Shown piece after piece: positions 30,331 to 43,659 of a stretch of DNA of 64,000 nt. The stretch spans positions 7,353,093 to 7,417,092 of the forward strand of contig CAVNZM010000004.1 in the NCBI GenBank assembly GCA_963693365.1, in the 5' to 3' direction. Source of the stretch: Amoebidium appalachense. Taxonomy: Eukaryota; Protista; Ichthyosporea. The position numbers were made by a program, and so were the translations under genes. The notes beneath the pieces were generated by a model. That model searched no databases. It was given only the letters and a program-made list of their open reading frames with translations, and had not been told where the DNA came from. The number at the start of each line of letters is the position of its first letter. The first letter of the stretch is position 1.

Positions 30331-30395
<65 letters not shown>

Positions 30396-31678
30396 GCACT
30401 CTTGCCGAGCGTGTGCGTGCAGGAGGGGCAGGTGTCCCTGCCTTCTTCACCCCTACTGCCTACGGCACCGTGGTGCACAAGGGAGGTTCTCCAATCAGAT
30501 ACGGGGAGGGGGGCAAAATCGCCATTGCCAGCCAACCGAGGGAGGAGAGGGTGTTTGACGGCCGCCACTACATCATGGAAGAGGCTATCAGGTATGCGGC
30601 GTTTTATCCCCTGGAATGCACGGAATTTGGTGTCTGTGGCTTGTGCCTTTGCTGGTGCCCTGCTCCTGGAGTGGTTCACAGCGGCAGGGAGGGGGGGGGG
30701 GGGGGAGGGAGGCAAGGAGTGTAGTAAAGATTACTAGAAAATATTTTACTAGTGTTTTTGTAATGGATAGGGAGTGTGTATGTGTGTGGAGAGGGGGAAG
30801 GGGGGAGGGGGGGGGGGGTGCATATGCCAATCCCCCCCCCCTCCCCCCCCCCCCCCCCCCCACCAACAAACAACACCTGGGACACTTCAACCTTGTACTC
30901 TCATTGTTATAACATCAAACTTAAGCAACAATAACCCCCCCTCCCCCCCCCCCCCCTCCTCTTGGTGGCTCCTCCCTTTCCCCGTCGCATCTCCCCATGC
31001 AAGGCCCTCCTCCCCACTCAAGGAAACCAACCACAACCCACCTCTTCACCTCTCACTTACCCTCCCCCCCCCCCCCCCCCCTCCCCCTCCCCACCTCTCT
31101 TTCCTCTCTCTCTCTCCCCCCAATCCCCCCTCCTCTCCCTCTTTCTCTCCCTTCTCCCTTTTTTCTCCAGGGGCGACTATGCGCTTGTCAAGGCCTGGAG
31201 GGCCGACGAAGCAGGCAACCTCGTGTTCCGCAAGACGACCAAGAACTTCAACGTGCCCATGGCCAAGGCGGCAAAAATAACCATTGCAGAGGTCGAGGAG
31301 ATTGTGCCTGTGGGTGAGCTGGACCCCGAGAACATTCACGTGCCCGCCGTGTACGTCCACAGGTATGGTTGCTTCTCTCTCTCTCTCTCTTTCTGTCTCT
31401 CTCTCTCTCATCCCCCTCCCCCCCCACCCACACACACATACCGATCCCCTTCTCTGTCCCTCCTCTCATTTCAAGGAAGAGATGGGAAAACAACCCCTCC
31501 ATCCCCCTCCCCATCCCCATCCCCATCCCCTCCAGGGCGCATTCATCCTTCCGCTTCACCTCTTACTTGCTACGGTCTTATTCCTTTCTCCCCCCATCCC
31601 CCCACCACCAAATACAACACAACACACACACACACACACATATACTTACACAGAAGCACACTTACACACAGCTTAGCA

Positions 31679-31710
<32 letters not shown>

Positions 31711-32331
31711 TTCCCCCTCTCCCCACTCCCCCTCTCTCTCTCTCTCTCTCCCCCCCCCCCCCCCCCCCCCCCCCCCTCGCCCCAGCATCCCTCACTTGAT
31801 GCACTTGCCAACCATGGGACGCTAACCTGTGTGTGTGTGCAGGCTCATTGTGTCTAAGAACCTGCAGAAGAGGATCGAGAAGAGGACCATCTTCAAGCCT
31901 ACCAAGCACGTATGTTGCTTCCCCCCCCCCCCCCCCCCCCCCCCCTTCTCTCCTCCCTGCCCCCTGCCCCCCGCGTTTGTTTCCCCACTACCCTGCCATC
32001 CTCCCTCTCCCCTCCCCCTCCCCCCCCCCCACACACACACACACAATCACACCCCCCACTCTACGCCCCTGCCTATATCCCATCCTCTTCCTTCTATCCC
32101 TCGAACTACTCGCCAGAAGTCTCCTCACACCTCCCCCCCCCCCCCCCCCCCCCCTCTTCCTTCTTTCCATAAAAGTAGCGTACGTGGCTGCATGATTTAG
32201 CATAGTGAATGCACAAACGATCCGTTGCACGACCACATGATCGATTCGCTCCTCTCTGCTCATGTTGCAAACGAAATTCTATCTGGCTACACCCATGCGC
32301 AACCTTATCAGTCCTGACATATATCACCTTG

Positions 32332-32402
<71 letters not shown>

Positions 32403-33024
32403 GCGCTGCCGGTGCTGCCGAGCTGTCACAGCGCGAGAAGATTGTCCGCCGCGCAGCTCTGGAGTTCCAAGACGGCATGTTTGTGAACCTTGGAATCGGT
32501 ATGCTCCCCCCCCCCCCCCCCCCCCCCCCCCCGGGCTCTGTACTTCAAATGCATCCCCCTAAATGTCTGTGCTTTGCAATATCTGCATGATGTTTTCCAT
32601 CGTGAGGTGTACCCACTTGGTAATCTGTAACTAACTTGACCCTCCCCCCGCCTCCCCCGCCCTAAACATGCAGAGTTGCATTGAGTGTTTTCTATTTCAC
32701 GTCGTCGTACTGTTGGTGCTGTGTTTTACATGCTTGCTCCCCTCCCCCCTCCCCCTCCCCTCCCCCCCTCCCCCCCCCCCCCCCCCCCCCTACCCCCTAC
32801 CCCCTACCCCCTTCTTCTCCGCTCTTTCCTCGTTACTCTCTTGCCATGGGGTTTTTAAAATACACCGATTCTGTTTCGGTCTTTCCGAAATTTGACTTAT
32901 CGTTTTTCCGGGATTATCACAGGCATGCCGATGATGGCATCCAACTACATCCCCCCCGACAAGACGGTCTACCTGATGTCTGAGAACGGCGTGCTGGGCC
33001 TTGGCCCCTTCCCCCACGAGCACG

Positions 33025-33057
<33 letters not shown>

Positions 33058-33589
33058 CGTGTGCGCACTGTACCTGTGCGCACGTGTGCCTCCGTGCATT
33101 CAATGGCCAACATATAGTACACCAGAATGACTTGGTGAGAAGGGAGCGATTATCGTGTGTGGGTGATGGGTGTGTGTGTGTGGGGGGAGGGGGGGGGGGG
33201 GGGGGGGGGGATATACATACTAGGAGGTAGGATGAGTTACACGGTCCATTTTACATAAAGGCAATGTGTGTTAGCGGGAAGGCAAGAGACACTTAGTCTC
33301 CCCAGGCTCTCACTACTCTGTGTGTTAAGTAGCACGGTGCTTTTCAAAGCTGACACTTCAGGACCGGTCGGTTCTACAACTGATACTTACCGGCCGGGTC
33401 ATACACGATTCTTTTCTCAAAACTGAGACTTACGGGTCGGGCCATGCAGGTTGACCCGGACCTGATCAATGCTGGCAAGGAGACTGTGACGGTTGTGCCT
33501 GGTGCCAGCTACTTCAGCTCTGACGAGTCGTTTGCCATGATCAGAGGCGGCCACATTGACGTCACCATCCTTGGCGCCATGCAGGTACA

Positions 33590-33627
<38 letters not shown>

Positions 33628-34368
33628 CTTCCCCCCCGATCTACCGTTGTATTGTATTTTTGCTTTTCATTTCTCTTGTACTCCTTTGTTTTTTTTACCT
33701 CTACTATTACCTCTACTATTATATGTATTGAGTGGGGGTGGGGTTGGGTTGGAGGCCGGGCAATGCAAGCCCCCCCTTTTTCCCGCCGCCCGCAAATTAT
33801 GCAGCCTCAGATTGGCTTGCGACTGAAGACATATCAGACAACCCCCTGCCTTGTGAACAGGGGCACGTAACATTTCGTCCGTTCATCCAATCGCAGGGTA
33901 TTCTTATTTCAGGGGCGAAATATAGGAAGGGATGTTCAATTATTCCCAAAGATTTTCTCCCCCCACTCTCTCCTGGCGAATTAGCTTGTGTGAATGTCAG
34001 TTGTAGGTGGTTACCTTGTCCCATTCCCCCCCCCCCCCCCCCCCCCCCATTTTTTTGGAGCTTGAAAACCCTTAGCTGACACGCTTAAATCTTGAAATTT
34101 CCAGGTGTCACAGCGGGGAGATCTTGCCAACTGGATGATTCCTCGCAAGATGGTGAAGGGCATGGGTGGGGCCATGGACCTGGTCAGCACCAAGGGCACA
34201 AAGACAAAGGTAGGGTTGGCCCTCTGTCACATTCCATTTATTGTTCCTTTCTTTTCTCTTTCTTTCTTTATTCCTTTTCGTGTGTGTGTACACGTGTGTG
34301 TGTGTGTGTGTGTGTGTGGTGGTGGTGGTGGTGACGGTGGTGGCGATGGTGGGTGTGTAGGTGTGGGT

Positions 34369-34418
<50 letters not shown>

Positions 34419-35266
34419 CAAAAAGACGAATTAGGGGATATGTCGACCCCGCACACACACACGCTCTAGTTGGGAGCAAGGAAACCTGTGCATGCGGTCC
34501 ATGCCTGCGTTGATCTGTGCTTCGGTCCTCGGTTTGTTTTCGCAGTCTCTCTCAAGCCTCGTTTAATGTCCACATAATCCTCCTTCTTCCCCTCCCCCCC
34601 CGGTGAATAGGTCGAAACTCGGGTACTGTGGATGACGTGGCCCCCCCCTGAGGATGGGCTCTGCTTATTATGCATACTCTTTATGTATGGCTTGCATTCT
34701 GCATCGTGTTATCCGTTTGTTCTTGTGTACTTCGTATTTTTTGACGCATTCAAACCCCCCCCCCCCCCCCCCCCCCCACCCCCCCTTTTCCGGAAACACT
34801 CTCCCTTCACTTTGTTCTAAACGGCCACCACCTCCGCGGCCAGACCTACAAACACACACACATATGCACGCACGCACGACCTGGGGAGCTTTGTAGAAGC
34901 CCGGCTTATGCTCTACTTCTCTGCTTGTTTTCTTTGGTTTTTTTGCTGCTTGCAGTTTTTGTAGACTCTGTTTTCTTAGATTGCTGCTCCTTGAACAACC
35001 CTGCTCGTCTTTGGCCAAGACGGGTGGATTCGCCTATTGCTGTTGAAACAAAGTATGGGTTGGGAACCACGCGCGAGAGGTTAAAGAGTCGAAACCCATG
35101 CTTTTGTGGAGGCATAGGAAACCCCCTGATAATGGGCTCTGTTCAAGTGTCTTCTGCCTGCACGCTTAATTGTTTTGATTTTGGATTTCCCACGTTTGTG
35201 ACGTCTTGTTTTTATTGTTGCTCTTTGTTGTCTCCTCCATATTTCCAACCCTCTAACGCATACATC

Positions 35267-35297
<31 letters not shown>

Positions 35298-35620
35298 TTA
35301 ACCCCAACCCAACCTCCACCCCCCGTCACTCTCCCTTTCTCTAATATTGACCCTCTCTCTGTCTCACACAGGTGGTGATCACGATGGAGCACACTGCCAA
35401 GGGCGGAGCACACAAGATCCTCAAGGAGTGCAACCTGCCCCTGACGGGTGTGGAGTGTGTCAACCGCATCATCACAGAGATGGCCGTGTTTGATGTGACC
35501 CCCGAGGGCCTGGTGTGCGCCGAAATTGCCGACGGGGTCTCGATCGACTCTCTTAGGGCATCCACCGGCGCTGAATTCAAGGTTGCTGACAACTTGAAGA
35601 AGATTGAATATGCTCTGTAA
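29117..35620 (+). CDS. OXCT1: Succinyl-CoA:3-ketoacid CoA transferase (SCOT), mitochondrial
   Basis: Exons 29117-29551, 30395-30591, 31171-31362, 31843-31909, 32402-32498, 32923-33026, 33450-33584, 34105-34209, 35372-35620 join in frame. Motifs: [56 protein letters not shown], catalytic [25 protein letters not shown]-terminus resembles a transit peptide. Confidence 0.97.
34610..35140 (+). mobile_element. Diverged copy of the 4265-4887 repeat family in OXCT1 intron 8
   Basis: Shares GTCGAAACTC, CCCTGAGGATGGGCTCTGCTTA, CGCATTCAAACCCC and AACCCTGCTCGTCTTTG..CAAGACGGGT with 4265-4887. Confidence 0.65.
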
Positions 35621-36736
35621 ATAATATTGAATCCCCCCCCCCCCCCCCCCCCCCCCCCGGGGCCCCGCGCACGCACACAAAACTCGCACGTGCAGATTGC
35701 TCAGAGATTCCTATATAGGCAACTTCGGTTGTTTGTGTGATAATGTGTGCCTTTTATAAACACCATAAACAGGAATGAAGTTCAGTGATATACGTAGACG
35801 TTAGAGTGATTTGGTCATTGTGGAATGAGCTCAAAGCAGTGATATGACTGCTCGGGTCGTTTGTAATTCGTTGTACCATATTACGCGGCAATTTTCCTGG
35901 GCCATGCACATTTTCGTGATGCTTGGTGTTTGGCATTGTTTGTGCCTTGTTGGTTTGTTTGTACACCTTTTCTTTTTCCTTTTTTTTCGGCTACTTCGTG
36001 TATAACCAAAACGGTACATGGAATGTGTCCATCTATCTCGAACCTAAAATTCTGTATATCTCCTGGACCCTGTGGGTTTTCTTGGGACAACTGGTGAATA
36101 AATATTCGGACAAAGAGAAAGTTTTTTCCATTATGATGTACGCCCGCGCGTACAAATTTGTTTGGGAATGCCGGGAGCACTTCACTTCTATGCGTGGTGT
36201 ATCGCTTTCGCAGCACAGTGCTACAAATGATACAAGATATGATTCGATAAGAAAGAGCCAGCCCTGGCTATACATGTGACATGTGAACGCGATTGGGGGG
36301 GAAAAAACGTTTGTACATATCCGTCTCGTATACTACGTAGCTGTCGAGCTCCAGTAGCGCTGGTGTGCGGGGATCTTGTGTATGTGCAGGCCCCTTGCGT
36401 ATATAATGTTGCTGAATTGGGTGAGAGACATGGGTACGTGACCGGTGCCACCAGGTGGAAGCATTTAATGGTCACTGCCGTCGGCCGCGGACAATGTCGA
36501 GGCCCGTGAAAGGGAAGTATGAGGGTAGAAACCTATGGGGGGGGGGGGGGGAACCTATGGAACATCATTCAGTCAAAGGATACTCGCTAGCGCTCTTAAT
36601 CACGTGCACAGAAAGCAGGATACGGGGATAAAACCAGGACCTCGTCAGAGTAGTTGGCCTTGGATAGAAGTCACAAAGCCCATGTGTATTCACATGTGCC
36701 TCACTGTATGCGCATACTAGCGGAGTTGCTCGCGAT

Positions 36737-37101
36737 CGGGAATCAATTGCAACGGTGTCCAAAAAGAAACCTCGGGAATCAACGGTGTCCAAAAAGAAAC
36801 CTCGGTGTCCAAAGAGTCAACGGTCTCCAAAAAGAATCAACGGTGTCCAAAAAGAAAACCTCGGGAAACAACGGTGTCCAAAAAGAAACCTCTGGAATCA
36901 ACGGCGTCCAAAAAGAAACCTCTGGAATCCACGGTGTGCAAAAAGAAACCTCGGTAATCAACGGTGTCCAAAAAGAAACCTTGGGAATCAACGGTGTCCA
37001 AAAAGAATGGAATTGGAACGGTGTCCAAAAGAAACCTCGGGAATCAACGGTGTCCAAAAAGAAACCTCGGGAATCAACGGTGTCACGTCCAAAAGAATCC
37101 T
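36737..37101. repeat. 30-bp minisatellite, ~12 units
   Basis: Consensus CGGGAATCAACGGTGTCCAAAAAGAAACCT, head-to-tail with some truncated units and no spacers. Confidence 0.92.
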
Positions 37102-37571
37102 CGAGCTCGAGAGGCATGTTCATGAAAGTATTAGTCACAACAAATCTTGCGTGCTGTCTCCCAGCTCTTCTTGCCCTGTGTGTATGTCCGTGTGTGCATT
37201 TGGACGTTCGTGCCCGCCATCACCACCACATTCCATTCAATGCTCCCCATGTTCTGCTGCATGCACGACCAACCACTGTTCCTGTTACATTCAAACTCTA
37301 GATCCCGCCACTTCCAACTACCTCAGGATCCAGAGTTTAAATGGTACAGCACCAGTGCACAAACTCTCACCAAACCTCTACCATTCCGGTTGTGATACAA
37401 TTGGGCCTGCACAAGGCGGCACGTTACTTTTGGGGCCCTGTCTGTCGTGGTCTGATTTGGTTCCCTCAATCGCATGCCTAGACCCACATCCTTCTGCTTG
37501 TTCATTTCAAAGCCTTAGGTCTACGCCTGTCGTCATCTCAGTTCATTACTTCTTATCTTAGGAGCATCGGT

Positions 37572-38833
37572 ATGGCATTCAAAACCCCCAAAAGGAAAAG
37601 ATGGGCACCCCATTCGGTTCGCCTGCCACCACTGCCCGTTGACATTCCAGCGGACACCCAAACACAGTGGTCGTATGGTATAACCCACCCTCCCCCTCTC
37701 CTCTCCCCATCTTCCCCTCCCTCCCCCTCCCCCTCCCCCCACCCCCTCCCCCCTCCTCCCCCTTTTATACCCTTTATGAGCCCTGTGATACTCTCTCTCA
37801 TTCGTTGTTTGACGTGCTTTTATGAGAACCCCCTCCCTCCCCCACCCCACCACCCCCTTGTGCTGCCCCACTTATGTCCCCTTTCTCCACCAACGTTGCG
37901 TCCCTCTCATCATCCCATCTGGTCTCGATGTCGGCCATGTCCCTCTCCCCCCCCCCCCCCCACACACACACACACCCTACCCTTTGTCTTCGAGTGCTAA
38001 TACTGGTCTTTTCTCCATCTGCATTTCCACAAGGGCTCAGTCTCCCCTCGTATTGCAACTGCAGCCTCTCTGACCGCAGACCCCCTTTTTAATGCCCACA
38101 TGTCCGTTTCTTGTCCCCCCCTTCCCTTCCACATCCGCTTGCCTCTCTATATGTTCTTTCCAAATCCTTTGCAGGTTGTCAATCCATCTTTTATTTTTTT
38201 GTTTGTCTCTCCCCTCTCCCCCCCCTCCCCGCCCCCCTCCCTCCCTCCCCTCTCTCTCTCTCCCCCCTCTCCCCCCCCCCCATCCCCTTCCCTCCCTCCC
38301 CAGTCACTCTGATCCATCCATCCAGTTCTTCAGGGTGGGAAAAAGAGAAGGGGAGGGGGGGGGGGGGGGTGAGTAGAGGAAGGGCGAGCATGCGTGTGCG
38401 CCTGCGTGCCTGCTTGCCTGCGTGCGTGTGTATGATTGTGTTTGTGGGTGTGTGTGGGGGGGGGGGGGGGGGGAGGGGGGAGGGGGGGGGGGAGGGGGAA
38501 GGGGGGATCAAATGAGTATCCGCCCCTGTCTGTGCCCTTGTGCAACTCAACACGTAATAGTGTACTCTGATGCTACCTAGAGGGTTAATACAAACAAACA
38601 TCAGGTAACAGTGACTAGAAACCGGGCCAAGAGTTAGCACCCCCCCCTCCCCCCCTCCACACACGCACACACTTACTGACAGGGTCTGGTTATTCTGCTC
38701 TTGCAATTGTTGTTATCGGTTTTGTGTTCGTGTCAGAATTTGCCAAAACCCATACCCCCCCCCCCCCCCCCCCCCCCCCCACCCCAACCCACCCATCCAC
38801 CCACCCCAAGCCCCTCCCTTCCTCTTAAAAAAA

Positions 38834-38874
<41 letters not shown>

Positions 38875-40630
38875 GAGGGAGGGGGGGGGGGGGGAGAGCG
38901 CTTCGCCTGGTTACCCCAACCGTGTAACTCTTCAAATCCCAATTTCTTGAAACCAACCCTTCCCCTCCCTTCCAACTTCCCCACATCACCACCAAATCCC
39001 AAACCCCGTTACCTCCCTCCCTTCCTTCCTACCTTCAAATCCCAAAATTCCCCCGTGATGTTCGGCCCTATCGCGTAGCACCGCACAATTCCTGAAGTGA
39101 CAAAAAAGCCATTTACCCCCCCTCCCCCCCCCCCCCCCTCTCTCCCCCTCCCCCTCCCCCCCCTCCCCCCCCCCCCCCCCCCCCGCCGCTGCCGCCGCCT
39201 CCCTGACCCAATTAGACTTGCACACCAAACTCCAGGAAGGGTCTTTATGACAATCTTATGCAGTTAAAGAGTCTTGTTAATTATCTTTTTTACAACTATG
39301 CAGGTTCCGAAAAACCACCCACCACCTATCACGGAAAGCTCAAAGGGGATCAAGTCTTGGTCGAGTGTGGAAACGAGGCTCTTTGGCTCTATCGCCAGGT
39401 GTGTATTTCTATGTTTTGGATGTGTTTGTGTATGTTTTGGATGATTTGTGTATGTCTTGTGTGTATTGTTGTGTGCTGTGGATGTGTGTCTGTGTATGTG
39501 TGTGTGTGTTGTGTCTTTTTGTATGTTTTTTTTGTGTGTTTTATGTGTGTGCCTGTCCATGTTTGCATGTTATTGGGTATGTTTTGCATGTTGTTGAATA
39601 GGTTTTGTCTGTGTTTGTGGATATTTGCGTTTGATTGTTTTTTTTTTTTGTGTTTAATGTTCCAGCGTATGTGCTTAATGTGTGTGCGAGCAAATCCCAA
39701 ACTCGAACAGCCAATCGTAAATCTGAAAGGTCAAAACACTTTCTTTGGTCCGATTTGCGGCTCTCTGACTGGGCCCCTTCAACAGCAGTTGAAAAAACTT
39801 CATAATAAGGCTATAACATTTAAACCATTGGTCCAACTTTTCTAAAACTTTCTAAAATAACGTAACTATTGGTAAACTCAAGTTTAGGACTCCGCTTCAC
39901 AACAAAAGTCACGTGCTTCACAGGTCCACACTAAAGGAGGGCCAAAAGACTTAAAATTTTCTCCTCGAGAGCGATTCTGATCGTTCGCCGCATGGAACCA
40001 ATGACGTTAGCAAGATTATGCGACAGATGACGAAAAAACTGCGACCCAATGGTTACCCCTGGAATTACGTGTCAAATGGAATACGCTTGATTGGCTCTTT
40101 GCGTATCGGCATTCGATTTTAATTGATATGTAGCCAATCGCTAGGCGCACAGCGATCCTATACCAACCAGCTGTAGCGGAATTATAAAGAAGGGGGATCT
40201 GCTAAGCAACGATTCGATGTTCTAGTTTGGATCCTGCTGTGTGTGTGGGCATATGCATGTAATGATGTGTGCGCATGTGTGGTGTGTGTGAGAATGTGTG
40301 TGTGTGTGCGCGTGTGTGTTTGTGTGGGTGTGTGCGTTTCTGTGTCTCTCTGTGTGCGTGTGTGCGTGTGTGTGCGTGTGTGGGTGCGTGTGGGTGGGTG
40401 GGTGTCCCCTCGACCTCCATCCCCCCTCCCCCCCTCCCCCTCCTCCCCCCCCGCCCCCCCATCCCCAGACCCTCTTTGAAGGCTTTCCTAACGTTGCATA
40501 CTCTTTGTCTCATTCCCTTCTCCAAACACACAATACCCCTCATGGTGTTCTTCGTTCTTTATTGTTGTACTTTTTACAATTTGCCTCATATTAACCCAAC
40601 ACCCTCCCCCCCCTCCCCCCCCCCCCCCGG

Positions 40631-40680
<50 letters not shown>

Positions 40681-42325
40681 CCCCCCCCCCCCCCCCCCAC
40701 CCCACCCCCACCCACCCACCCTCTCCCCCCTTTTGCCGCAAACCCCCTCACTCCTTCCGTCCTTGATTCCCTGCTTCTCTCTTTCATTTCCTCCTTTCCT
40801 GGCCCTATCACACAGGGGTTCTTTGGCAAAGGAAGCCAGTCCCGGGGTGCGGCACAGCGAATGAACTACGTCCCAAACGGAGTTGAAATTCCGTCGCATT
40901 TGCAAAGACCCCCCCGTCCACCAGCCAATGCAGAAGGGGCAGCCGCAAATGTAAATTCAAATGAGGGGGAACTAATGCCGAATTTCGAAGGTTGCAGCAA
41001 TTTCACGGAAAAGGACGAAAGTTCAGTCAGTAGACAAAACCCATCCGTAAGCGGTTGGGTTGAAGAAAATGGAAACCAATCAAGCGCTCCCGTTAAAATC
41101 TTAAACACGTCACTGTCCAATGAATGGGATCCAAGCATCATACCGTCAACGCTCGTCGCTCATTGGGCGCTTTCAAATCCGGATTTTAAAGCGACCAATG
41201 AAGCGCCTTCTTTTGGAGTTCTAAGTGTGGAACATCATGGCCTAGTTGTGGAACACCATGTTCTAGGCCCAGAGGAGGCCTTTTTTCTTGCCTACGCACT
41301 CGGATGTCTCAAAATCTACAAAGACGAGGTACCGACCTTCCCCCCCCCCCCCCCGCCCGCGGCTTCTCCATCTTCCCTTTTTAATTTTTTTTTACTTTTT
41401 TACATAGGCTGGTTCACTTCCATTCATTATTGAAGAGCCTCGGTTATTGTATCTCTGTGTAATGCGTCCCCCCCCCCCCCCCCCCCCTTCCCCCCACTCC
41501 CCTTCCCCATCCCTACCACCCTCCCAACACCCTCCCCCTCTCTCTCTTCCTCCCGCCCTTCCCTTTCACCTCTCGTCACCTACCCCCTCCACCCCCCTCC
41601 ACCCCCAAACCCCATACCAACCTCTCCCCGCTTTTCCCCCTCTTTTTTTTTTCCAAAGGCGCTTGAAATATGCTCAAGAAATGCAATCCCACAGGAACCA
41701 ATCAGCAACGAGGATCTGTGGCGGCATTTTGTCTCGTCCAATCACACCTTTGTATCCCGCTATGTTGCATACCACCACTATAGGGCTAAGGGGTGGGTGC
41801 CGAAGTGCGGTCTCAAATATGCAGCGGATTTTGGTTTGTCCCCCCTCCCCCCCCCCCCCCTCCCCCCACCCCCTCCCCCTCCTTCTCTCCCTTCTTCCTC
41901 TCCCCCCAACCCTCCCCCCCCCCTCCCCCCCTCCCGCCCCCCCTCCCCTCGCTCCCCGCCTCTCTCTATCTCTTCCCCTCCCCCCCTCCCCCCCCCCCCT
42001 TCTCCCTCACCCCCTCCCCTCCCTCCCTTCCTCCTCCTCCTCCACTGCCCAACTTCAAACCTTTTCCTTTGTTTTTCTGCCAACCCGATTCACTACCTCG
42101 TCTCCGGATGTATAAACTTAAAATTAAATAAAAATAACGCCCCCCTCCCCCCCCTCCCCCCCCCCCCCCCCTCCCGGCTCCTCCACCTCCTTCCCGCTCC
42201 CCCACCACCATGACCACGAAACAAACACACAGGCGTGCGCGCGCACACTTACATACAATGCACACCCACCCACACAAGGACACGGACATGCATACGTGTG
42301 CACACACTCATACAGACAGACAACC

Positions 42326-42376
<51 letters not shown>

Positions 42377-43518
42377 GCATGCATGTACACAGACACAAGA
42401 TATGATATGCTCACTAACCCAACCTTGCTTTCACCAACGTCTAAACAAAACGGCGGCAACATCCGCGTTCAATAATCCAGCCCTTACCTCCCCCCGATTT
42501 AGTGAATATTTACACATAATAACCCCCCCCCTCCCCCACGGTGGTGCCCTTCCCCCTGCTTCTCAATGATCCATCCGTGCGCGGGGGGAGGGGGGGGGGG
42601 GGGGGGGGGGGGGGAGAAGGGGGGGTAGAGGAGGGGGAGGATCTTTTGACTGGCATGTATATTAAGGTTTTTGTTTTGCTCTCCACCCCACACACACACC
42701 ACCACCACCACCACCTAAAAGGTTTCTACTCCGCAGTGATCTATAAGAGGGGGCCTCTCTTCTACCATTCAAGGTACGTCCTAAGAGAGAGAGAGAGACC
42801 ACGGAAAGCCCCCCACCTCCCCTCCTCCCCCTCCCAGCCCCCTCCCCTCTCTATCTCCTTCTTTCCCCCCCACCCCTCCCCCCCCCCCTCTTTCCCTCTC
42901 CCCCCTCCCCCCCTCCCCTCCCTCCTCTCCCTTTCCCCCCTCTCCTCAGGAGGGCGGACCTAAGCTGTCAGAAACGACTCACCACTTTGGGTAGACAATG
43001 ACACTTACCCTTTATTATTTGCTACTTTCTTTTTTTTTCTTTCCCCCCCCCCCCCCCCCCCCCCTCTCCCCACACACACACACACACCCCACCCCACTCC
43101 ACCCCACCTCCCCCCTCCCCCACCCCTACCCCCTTTTTTCCCCTCCCCCCCCCAGTTTCTGCCCCATCGTGGTAAGTGATCAATAATACCATCTCTAGCT
43201 GATGGTAATATTGATCACTTACCACGCTTTTACTGTACACGTGCTATACAGTGGAGATCTAATAAGTATAAGGTGGCATCGTTTGCATGCCCAAACAACA
43301 CACACACACACCAGTTTAAACGGTCATGTATCGCCAAATGTAGTTTGATAGACCACATAATACCGCAACACACACACGACACATTCACAACAGACACCCA
43401 GAAAGATAGCCTATCTGAAAACTACAACATCCTTGATTTTATACTAAACACACGTAACTATGACCGGTTTATTAGATGTATTGATTGGCTTGAGAAACAC
43501 ATCAGTACAAAATTCTAG

Positions 43519-43594
<76 letters not shown>

Positions 43595-43625
43595 AGCTGA
43601 TACCGAGTGCCCCAGGGGAGCCCGG

Positions 43626-43659
<34 letters not shown>

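Noticed and set aside
34135-34150. OXCT1 MIPRKM versus the usual MIPGKM
   Set aside because: Single substitution; effect cannot be judged from sequence
36737-37101. Possible CRISPR array or repeat protein (ORFs 36654-37301, 36755-37561)
   Set aside because: Units are contiguous with no unique spacers, there are no cas genes, the context is eukaryotic, and frames are open on both strands because of the 30-bp period
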